DNA from: Cycas panzhihuaensis
Taxonomy: Eukaryota; Plantae; Cycadophyta
Length of the DNA stretch: 64,000 nucleotides
Reading direction: 5' to 3'
Assembly (NCBI GenBank): GCA_023213395.1
Contig: CM041465.1
Coordinates: 91,643,741 to 91,707,740, forward strand
The notes under the pieces: generated by a model
Told to the model about the DNA's origin: nothing
Database searches by the model: none
What the model saw: only the letters and a program-made list of their open reading frames with translations
Shown here: piece by piece, positions 53,935 to 64,000 of the stretch
How positions within the stretch are numbered: the stretch's first letter is position 1
How the letters are laid out: the number at the start of each line of letters is the position of its first letter
Position numbers and translations under genes: made by a program

Positions 53935-56900
53935 AGTCAATAATCACATGAAGTAATTGAATTCCTCACAAATGCTCCAAAGTATAACTTGCATTAACAC
54001 ATAATATCAAAATACATAATATAATAAAGATTATAGGGAAAAAGCCTTATAAGAACAAAAGAGGCTATTACAATATATATGGAGAGTGTCAAACATAAGA
54101 TCATGCAAAGTGATAGTTGGCACTTTACATGATTAAACCAACTTTATAACAATTAAATATTAAGAGCAAATAAACCCCCACATACCTAGGTTCACAACAT
54201 TAAGTTGTGACTAAACCCTTTAATGATAAAGAACCCCTCAATAAAAACTATGTACAAATATTACATCAATATAATATAATGAATCCTTGATGAGTTAATA
54301 AAGTCTATCATTAATTCATTTATCACCCTCCCTTAATGATGAGTTTATTAATTCTGACACTAAGGCCAAGTTGAACCTTTTCAAATTTATCATAAGAGAG
54401 TACTTCTGTAAAGATATCTATAATCTAATCATTAATAGGCTTGTAGATCAAATCTATCTCACCATCATGTACATGCTCCCTGATGAATTGGTGGTGAACC
54501 TCGATATGTTTAGTTCTAGCATGAAACATCAGATTCTTAGTCAATTTGAGAACACTTTAATTGTTACAAAATAATGATGTAGCTTGTATCTGATTGATTC
54601 CAAGCTCTTCAAGAATCCTATTAAGCCATATAGCCTCAATAGTTGTATTAATGGCAGATTTATACTCAGTTTCAATTGAAAATAGAGTGATATTAGGTTA
54701 CTTTTTGTAACACCATGAAATTGAAGCAAAACACGGGGTAAAATAGGAGGATAAGCTTAATTTATAGTTATCTTTGCATGCAACCTAATCTACATCTATA
54801 TAACCTATTAATAAAGAATTTTCCACATGATAGTAATCAAGCCTAAACTAAAGAGTACCCTGAAGATATTCTAGAATCCTCATTACTATTTTCTAATGTG
54901 AAATCTTAGGTAATATCATGAACCTAGAATAAATCCCAATGACATAGGTAATATTAGGTCAAGTATGAGTGAGGTAAATTAATTTCCCCATAAGTTGCCT
55001 ATACAGCGTAGGGTCCATAGGTTTTTCATGCTCATCAATGTCCAATTTCAAACCTGTCTCCATAGGAATTAGTGACGGTTTGCATTTACCCGTGCTAATT
55101 TTTTTAAGAATCTCCTTTACATATTTTGATTGTAAAAGGAAAATATATTCTAGCTCCTACTAAACTTCCATGCTAAGAAAATAGTGGAGCAACCTAAAGT
55201 TAGTCAGCTTAAAGCTATTGTTCAATTCTCCTTGGAGATATATAATCCACTCTATGTTATTATCAATTATCAACAAATGATCAACATAAAACATAACCAA
55301 ATTTAGATTTGAATATAAGTAAATGAGTCCATACTTCTAAAAGTATTCATCAATCTTTATGTACCAAGTGCAAGGTGATTGTTTAAGGCCATATAATGCC
55401 TTTTTCAGTTTGTAGACTAGGTGTTCTTTTATATAAACAACAAAGTTAGGAGGTTGACTTATGTATATTTCCTCCTATAAGTCACCATTTAAGAAGGTAC
55501 TTTTTACATCCATCTATTAAAAAGGCCAATTGAATTGAGATATAAGTGCTAAAATAAGCCTTATAGTGGTCATGTTGGCAACTAGTGTAAATGTATCATC
55601 ATAAGAAATACCTTCAACTTATTTGAATAAAGCCATCTACATGAAAGTTTGGTTTATAAATTCATTTACAATCAATAGGTTTCTTCCCTTCAAACAACTC
55701 AACAAGCTCCTAAGTCTCATTTTTTATGATAAGATCTATTTCTTCAATCATTACTACTTGCCATTTTGGAGTTGCAATAGTTTCCTCAAAAGTAGAGGGT
55801 TTAGGAGCTAGCAACACTTCTACTATTAAGACAAAGTTATTGGATGACCTATATTTTGATTATCTCTTTGCTTATTGTGGTGGTGAAAGAGTAGAAGAAA
55901 TTATCTGCATGTACCATTTGGATAGTTGCTTTTAAGTAGCCTCATCCTAAATGTCCTTTGAGGGACTAATAGGAGTAGATGTAGATGTAGAGGCAAGTGG
56001 AGCATATGATGAACAAGGAGTATATATTAATACAGGAGGCATTTATTCTACAAGAATATTTTATGGAGCAGGAGGAGTAATAAGTGCTTTATTAGACTAA
56101 TCATCAGAAAATGAAATCTATATAATATCTAAATCCTAATTCTCTTCTAAGAAAATGATATCCTAAGATATATATGCATTTGCTTAGTCGTAAGATCATA
56201 TAATTTATATGCTTTATAGCTAGGTTGATAACTAATAAAGATATATTTCCTACTCTTATCATCCCATTTTTTTCTCTGTTCTTTTGGTATGAGTATGTAC
56301 ATTATACAACCAAAAGAACACAAATGTGAGACCATAGGTTTTTGACCTAACTAGGCCTCCTTGAGAGTAATGTTTAGCACTACCTTAGTTGGACTTCTAT
56401 TTATGAGATATGCTACTGTATGAAAAGCTTCATCCTAGAATTAAAGTCCTAAATTCTTGGTAGAAATCATGGCTTTGCATTTACTAACCAAGGTCTAATT
56501 CATTCTCTCAGTAACTCCATTTTATTTAGGGGTGTATGGGGTAGAAAATCATCATTTGAGATTATTATCCTTATAGAATTAGATGAAATCATTTGAAATG
56601 TATTCACCTCCATTATCATAATGAAGGATTTTTAGTGGCTTTCTATATTCCAGTTTAGCTCCATATTTAAACTCTTTAAATTTATCAAAGGCTTCTTATT
56701 TCTGCTTCAAGAAATATACCTATACTTTTCTAGAGTAGTCATCAATAAATGTGATAAAATAATGATAACCTCCAATGTATGCATAGGACATGGGCCTATA
56801 AATATGTGAATGTACTAGTCCTAAAGGTTTCTTGGCATACCAAACTCTTCCATCTAACTTAAAGGAGCCAAATAATGTTTTCCTATAACACAGGATTCAC

Positions 56901-59900
56901 AAATATATTTAGTCTAATTTATGTTTGGTATGCCATATACCACATTCAATTTATAAAGTAGATAAAGATTGTTCATGTTCAAGTGACCTAACCATTGATG
57001 CCATAACTAGTCCTTTGGAATTCTAGGAGAACATATGCCTTTGAAGCAAATTGATCATCTAAATCTGATGTTGAAGTAAAATTATCATAAGTGGAATTTG
57101 AATTACTACAACATACAAATTCATATAATTAGATCAATGGTTTGATTATAGTATCAAGCTTGTATAGTCCCCGATCTTCATATTCTAAGATAATTAGGTT
57201 GTCATCCAACTGAAAAACAACATCAAAGTTTTGTTTATCTATTTATCTAACTAATAATAGTTTGTGTGTCATGCTTGGTACATAGAAAACATTATTGAGA
57301 TGATGTAGAGTACCTAAATTCTTCAATGAGATAAGAACATTACCAATCTTGATAACCTTTAGAGTATAATCATCTATAAAGGTGACATATTAATCCTAAA
57401 TTGGTCTTGTATCAATAAGAAGTTCTTCTGAACTAGTCATATGTTATGAGGCACCTAAATCAATCAACTAGGAAATGTCAAAATGATGAGTTGATAAAAT
57501 AACAAAGAAAATATTTTAAGAGTCAACCATGTGGCCTCCTTGATTCTATCTTTGGTTGTGATTCCTATTATAAAGGTTCCTTTGAGAAGAATTTTGATTT
57601 TATCTCCTTAGTCCCTAGTAATTTAGCTAGTTTTATCTCTGTGGTCCTTGATAATTTCCATGTCTATGATTTTGATTATTCTACATAGCAAGGTGATTTT
57701 AAAACTTCTCTTGATAAAGGTTAGCTCTCCTTTTCCTATAATTAGTTGTTATATGTCTAGGTTTACCATAATAGTGATAAACAACTTGAGAATTATAAGG
57801 TGGTTGAGGTTGATGTAATTGATATGGCTACTGATTTAGTTGTTGATAAGGTTGTTGATTCAAATTCATTGAACCAAATTAATGTGTCAACTGTGGATGG
57901 TGTGGTCTTCCTCTATGTTGGGCTATAAATGCTAGTGTGGAAGAGGAAGCACCTAGATACACTAAATAGTTTAAAAAACATTCTTCTTAGAGTAGTAGAC
58001 CCTTAAATCTATTGAAATCAATAGTAGTGAGTCGATGTGTATATGATAGATTGGATATGAGGGATTTATAACTAAGTGGCAAAACATTAATAATGCATAA
58101 TATAAGGTCACTATCCTCTGGTAGTTGACCCATCACTATTAGTTGGTTCTTAATCACCTATATCTATAACAATTTATTTGTCCTAGATAAAGATGATTAA
58201 GAACTAGTTGACAATGATGGGCCAACCACTAGAGGATAGTGACCTTGTATCTTACATTGTCAATGTTTTTCCACCTAGTTATAACTCCCTCATATCTAAT
58301 CTATCACATACAAATTGACTTGATACTATTGATTTCAACATATTTGAGGTTTTAGTACTCTAAGAAGATTATATTCTAAACCATTAAGGGAATCTAGGTG
58401 TGCTCTCTTCCACACTAGCATTTTCAACCTAACATAGAGAAAGACCACAACGTTCATAATTGATACATCAGTTCAGTTCAATAATTTTGAACCATCAACC
58501 TTATACACAACCAAATTAGTAGTTATATCAGTCATGTTAGCCTTGACCACCTTATAATCCTTAGGTTGTTTATCACTATTATGGCAAACTTAGATATATA
58601 ACACATGACTATAGGAAAAAGAGAGCTAACCTTTAGCAACAATAGTTTTAAAACTTCCCTACTATGTAGGGTAATTAAAATTGTGGATGTGTAAATTATC
58701 AAGGACCACATAGATAGAACTAGCTAAATTACTAGTGACTAAGGAGACAAAATCAAATTTCTTCTTGGAGGAACCAACAAAATAGGAATTGCAACTAGAG
58801 ATAGAATCAAGGAAGCCACATGGCTGACTCTCAAAATCTTTTCTTTATTGCTTTGTCAACTCATTATTATAACATTTCTTTATTGATTGATTTAAGTGCC
58901 TCACAATATATGACTAGTTTAGAAGAACTCCTTACTGATACAAGACTAATTTAGGATTAATCTGTTACTTTTGGAGATGATGGTACTCTAAAGGTTGCTA
59001 AGATTGGTAAAGTCCCTTTCCATTGAAGAATTTAAATACTCCATGTCATCTCAATAATGTTTTCTATATACTAAGTATGACATACAACCTATTATCAATT
59101 AGTTAGATAAATAAACAAAACTTTGATATTTTATTTAGCCATCTTGAAAAATTCTTAATAACAAATTTGAATAGCAACCTAATTTCCTTACAATACAAAG
59201 ATCAAGGACTATACAAGCTTGATGTTATAACCAAACCATTGATCTAATCATATGAATTTGGATCTTGTAGCAATTTAACATCCACTTTTGATCCTTCTAC
59301 TCTGATACCAAGTGAAAGGGCAACTTCATCAAACTCATCAAAGGTAGTTATAGAATTAAGATTAGGAGGAATGAGTTTATCATGATCATTAAGATCTTGA
59401 ATAGGAATTGGCTTAGGAATTTTTCTAAAAACATAAGGCCAAAGTTTATTTATTATCAAAATGTTCTTGACTTGTTTCTTCTAAGCGAAGAAATTATAAT
59501 ACCAAAAAGTTTAATAATGTTAGTTGTAATCATTTAAAGTACCATGATGTTTGATATGTATCTTATCTGTATAAAATGGTAATCTAATATAGAATATATA
59601 TCTTAGTGTCTTTAATCCTAACAACCCCTAATAGTTGAGATGATTCTATCTAATGGCATATTTTCTCATAAGTGGCAGCTTAAAGATCTAATATATCTAA
59701 AGGAATATAGGCACTACAGAAGACTCTGTCTCCTCCTCAACACCATTAACCCACCTGTGCTAAATTTATAATCTGAACGATAGTTCCTTGTCTAAGGGCA
59801 TACTTACAACCAAGGTGCTCACCCCCTCCATGTCTTGCTTGGTCTCCAAACTCAAAGGTTTTGGGTACAACACTTTAGCCTACCACTCAATACACTCAAT

Positions 59901-61612
59901 AGCTAATGGTATTATCTAATATCTATAGAATTTGAGAAAGACCACTAGCATGTGTAGGATTCTCTAATTGCTTCCCTTACAAGGCTAGTAGTTTGGTGGT
60001 TCTAGTAGGTATTATCTTTTTTAATGTTTTTTATTAACTTTTAAAACATTTTATGATTAAAGGATTAAATTATATGTTTTAATCATTAAAAATAGAAAAA
60101 AAACTAAAAAAACTTCCAAAAATAGATTAAAAATAGGCCTTTAAAAGCTTTAAAATGATTAACGAAATGATAAAAAGGTAACTTTAGGTTAGGGGCCTTT
60201 ATCAAATATAGAATATTATGTGATTATATTAATCTAAATAACCTAAAGTTTCTAAACATTATAAAAAATAAATTAAATAGTGGGAATTGAAAAAAAATGG
60301 CAACATAGTTTGGATACTAAAGATTGGTTCTCTCTGTAAAAGCTATGCAATCTCATTCTATCTTCTCCATTATGAAGATGACTTTATCAGGGTCAAAATG
60401 AGTAGTCATATAAAATAGTTTCAGTAGTTCATTAGTGTGTATGAACAAGTAATCACAAATACGCATCTTTATGTAGAGATCGATAAGATGGAAGCCATGT
60501 AGATGCCACAAAGAAGAGCACACAGCCACTTCAGAGACCATGAAGGGCCATGCAAAGATAAAAAGGGAGGGTTGGTTGATCCATGAAGATGAGCATAGAA
60601 CCAAGTAATGAGGAGCCACATATGCTAACTACATAGATAAGAGCATTGAACACGAGCCACAAATGGTAGCAATGTTGATAAGAGCACTTAATGGGAATCA
60701 TACAAAGATGAAATTTTCCATTAGCCATGCAGACAAGAGGAGGAATCCCAAATAGAGATATAGATAGGAGCCACAAATAGTAGTCCTACATATAATCCCT
60801 CATAAAGGTAAATACAAATTGTCATAGCTAAGAAATAAATGTAGTCATAAGATACAAAGAGCTAGACAATATTCACACTAAGAATGCAGCGATGGAGGTG
60901 ACTAGATATATTTTTTTATTTAATCAAGTTGCATTCAATGACATATATATAAAAGGTAGTGATGGTTTTTTTATATTTTCCATAAAGGATAAATCTTCAT
61001 TTAGAAGCCTTTTTATTTTATTAACAAATCAAAAATAATAGAGGCATGTCAACTTTCTCTTGTTTAGCTAACAATGAATGCAACATTTCATAGCAACTAC
61101 AACATAGGGGAAGACTAAGTAGATAGACTAGAAACTTAGTTCTAATACAAAGTGAAAGGGAAGAGATCTTCCTAGTTTCAGTCTAGGTTTAAGACTCATA
61201 CATACCCACAATGCATTCAATTAATAATCACACAAAGTAATTGAATTCTTTACTAATGATCCAAAATATAACTTTCATTAACACATAACATCAAAATATA
61301 TCACATGAGAAAGATTACATGGAAAATTTCTTATATAAAGAATAAAAGAGACAGTTACAATATATAGAGAGAATATTAAATGTAAGATCATGTAAGATGA
61401 TAGTTGGCACATTGCATGACTAAGTCAACTTTATAATAATTAAATATTAAGAGCAAATAAACCCCCATACACCTAGGTTCACAACATTAAGTTATGACTA
61501 AACCCTTTTATGATAAAGAAGCCTTTAATACAAACTATGTATAAATATTACATCAATATAATACAATGAATCCTTGATGAATTAATGAAGTCTATCATTA
61601 ATTCTTCTACCA
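53935..61612 (-). mobile_element. Copia element W, copy 2
   Basis: Same architecture as copy 1: partial 3' LTR to 54325, PPT, pol, inverted repeat ~57075-59298, stray PBS 59299-59310, uninterrupted 5' LTR. Confidence 0.88.
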
Positions 61613-62195
61613 TCAAATCTATGGGTCCCTCATAACTAGATCTTCCACATCTAAAACACACCACTAAATCCTTTACTTAGTGGTCCCTTCAGTCTTCTTC
61701 TCTTGTGATCAATCCTGCTTTAGAAAGTAAGTTCTATAATATTTGAAAAGTAGTGTATGAAAGCCTCTAAAAATTGGTCCCTCCAAACCTACCCTCAAAC
61801 CAACAATAGTTTTTAAAGCACTAAATATAGGCACCACATATTATTAAACCACTTTGATACCATGTTAGAAATGTTTAATATTGCTTTGGTATCATGTAGA
61901 AAAATAGAATGAACATACAAACCAATATAACTAAAGAGATCATACATATATGTACAATGAAACTCTATTGGTAAAAGAAGATTCATCCCTTAAGGGTTGC
62001 ATTAAAAGATAATTATATCTATAGTTACATTGACCTCTTTGTGGGTCAATCATAATAATGGAGCTACTATACTAAGTTATGAGCTATTAGCAGAACTCTT
62101 AATATATCCCAACTATTAAGAGTGCTTCGAACATGTGCATTGCTTGGTCAACATGAGGGATAGTTATCACATGAATTAAATATTATATCTCAATA

Positions 62196-63345
62196 TGAAA
62201 TCCTTAAAACGTTCATCTAGAGTACACTGAAGGTGGTAGATAGTGGATAACTGGTCAATTTACTTCTATTGCTTTTATATTTTTGGTTTTAATTACCAAT
62301 ATTTATGCTCTAATCACATTAGAATTCAAGCTAAAATATTTAGATTTTCTGAAGTACAAAAGATTCATGAAACGAAGGTCTTTAAATTCTAAGAGGGGAC
62401 TTTAACATGGTTATTAACCTACATGAGAATAAAGAAAGGATTAGGAACTTATAGAAAGCTACTGTAATCCTAAGATAAGATCCTCAAGCAAGGATTATCT
62501 ATCATTCTATTGAGGGAAGGCATGTATACTTGAACTAATAGAAGAGGAGGATGGCATCAGATCAATGAGAGACTTAACAGGTTCCTAGTTAATAAGAGGA
62601 GGTTTAACACAAATAGTATTAATGAATCCAATATTATGGAGGGTGACGACTCAATCTATTAGTCGATTATTATCAGTATTATGGAGGATAAATGACCTAG
62701 AAATTATCTATTCAAATTTAAGAAAATGTGGTTAACTCATTTAGAGTTTGGAGATAATATTATATAACAGTGGTAAGAAGGAGACCTAGGGGTAAGATTC
62801 ATGTTTCAACCAAAGTAGAAACTTAAATTTCTTAAAAATAAAATTCAAAATTAGAACAAATAGGTTTTTGGCAAAATTTTTAAACATAAGAGGATCCTTA
62901 ATAAGCAAATGGAGCATATCCAAGAGGAAATTTTGAGGGAAGGGCTCTCATACAAGTTAGTAGTATAGGAGAGAAGTCTTCTATAAGAAATCCATAATCA
63001 AGAGAAAAGGAAGAAACCCTTTTAGAAGCAAAAGTCCAAGAGTCATCAATTATAAGAAAGAGGTAAGAATACAACATTTTTTTCATCAAAACTACCTTTA
63101 AGAACCGTAGGCATAATAGAATTCTTAAACTTAGGAAGAGGGACAAAGACTTATAGATATAACTCTAAAGATTGAGGAAGAGATAAGATCCTTTTTTTAG
63201 GGAAATGGCTACTCAAAATCAAGATTCTTAAGTACATGTTAGGAGAAAAGTTTGTTTTATCTTCCCTAGGTTCATATCCAAAGAGTAAAATAAAATTTTA
63301 CTCAAGAAGATAATCAAGGAGGAGGTTAAAAGAGGGATCTTTAGT
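62196..63345 (+). pseudogene. L1 ORF2 fragment, duplicate copy
   Basis: Collinear with 48959-50100 (NIYAL, GDFNMVI, RLNRFLV). Confidence 0.85.
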
Positions 63346-63669
63346 ATGTTTTTATTTCTCACAAATTGAGAAGTTGGCATTCATCTTAACACAGATAAGT
63401 CAAATATGCATTTATTACTTTAATTCAATTTGAGTTACAACTCTTATAAACATGTTACTAAAGCTTGCTTATTGCCTTGGTGATGCATGTGTGTGTTATC
63501 AGCCTATAATGATTCTAACTTTGATCAGTAGTGCAAATAAATTATCCACCTCAGTCTAAAAAATTATAAGAGAAGTCCTTTAACACCTCTAAGAGCACTT
63601 CTAACCCATTTTTCCCCTTTATTTTTATCACTTTTTCTCCTTTTTTAGCCTACTTTTTGCCTTCTTTTG

Positions 63670-64000
63670 TGTTGGAATATGTATACATACTAACTAATAT
63701 AAAGTAGGCATTATTTTTATGCCTAATATGTAGGAGAATATTCTCGAGAGTGCCGAGCCAATAGATGTAATTATAAATATATTTAGGCACTTGAAATCTA
63801 TAAATATAGATCAAAGTCCAACCTTTATACTATGCTAGATTTACAATAATAAAATAATATTATTTATGGGTTTTCACCTATAAGGGTTTCCCATGACAAT
63901 CTAGTGTCTCATGTGATCTATTTATGCTTGTGATCTGCTTAATATGAAAGATCTTGTTGATTTTATTTATTTTCCTTTATGTTTCCCAACATGGTATCAA
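63670..64000 (+). repeat. 5' LTR and PBS of element V, duplicate copy
   Basis: TGTTGG...CCCAACA|TGGTATCAA; homologous to 50415-50746. Confidence 0.88.

Larger units (their letters stand above)
53933..64000. repeat. Second copy of a tandem segmental duplication of ~37452-50746 (without Y)
   Basis: Collinear homology through W, the palindrome (centre ~58170), W 5' LTR 61153-61612, X LTR 61863-62195, L1 ORF2 62196-63345, and V LTR 63670-63991 plus PBS. Confidence 0.95.

Noticed and set aside
53933-64000. Assembly artefact or uncollapsed haplotype
   Set aside because: The copies are about 10% diverged, have independent indels, and differ by a TSD-flanked insertion.

Overview
This is a gene-free, AT-rich plant heterochromatin-type window made almost entirely of nested, decayed retrotransposons. 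CpG and CHG are strongly depleted, and most in-frame stops are C>T or G>A products (CAG>TAG, CGA>TGA, TGG>TAG/TGA). (1) 1-14331 holds the 3' halves of two related Tat/Ogre-like Ty3/Gypsy elements with 2.5-3 kb LTRs. Each carries a stand-alone archaeal-type RNase H (aRH) ORF with its own ATG in the 3' region. The first also carries an antisense plant mobile domain (PMD) ORF. Both share a repeated hairpin+TAAACTA motif. (2) 6303-7900 and 14350-19600 are minus-strand Gypsy-like and LINE-like debris. (3) An L1 LINE (about 20381-50100) is the scaffold for the rest. It is interrupted by full-length Copia A (21708-30506, TSD GCTTC), which holds a Tat solo LTR, and by non-coding LTR element X (30858-48958, TSD TGGGA/TGGAA). 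X in turn holds gag-only element Z with captured host-gene fragments, rearranged Copia W with a ~1.1 kb palindrome, and gag-only element Y. (4) A tandem segmental duplication repeats ~37452-50746 at ~53933-64000; Y is present only in copy 1. No intact host gene, RNA gene or CRISPR array was found. All family calls come from motif recognition by eye, with no database search.
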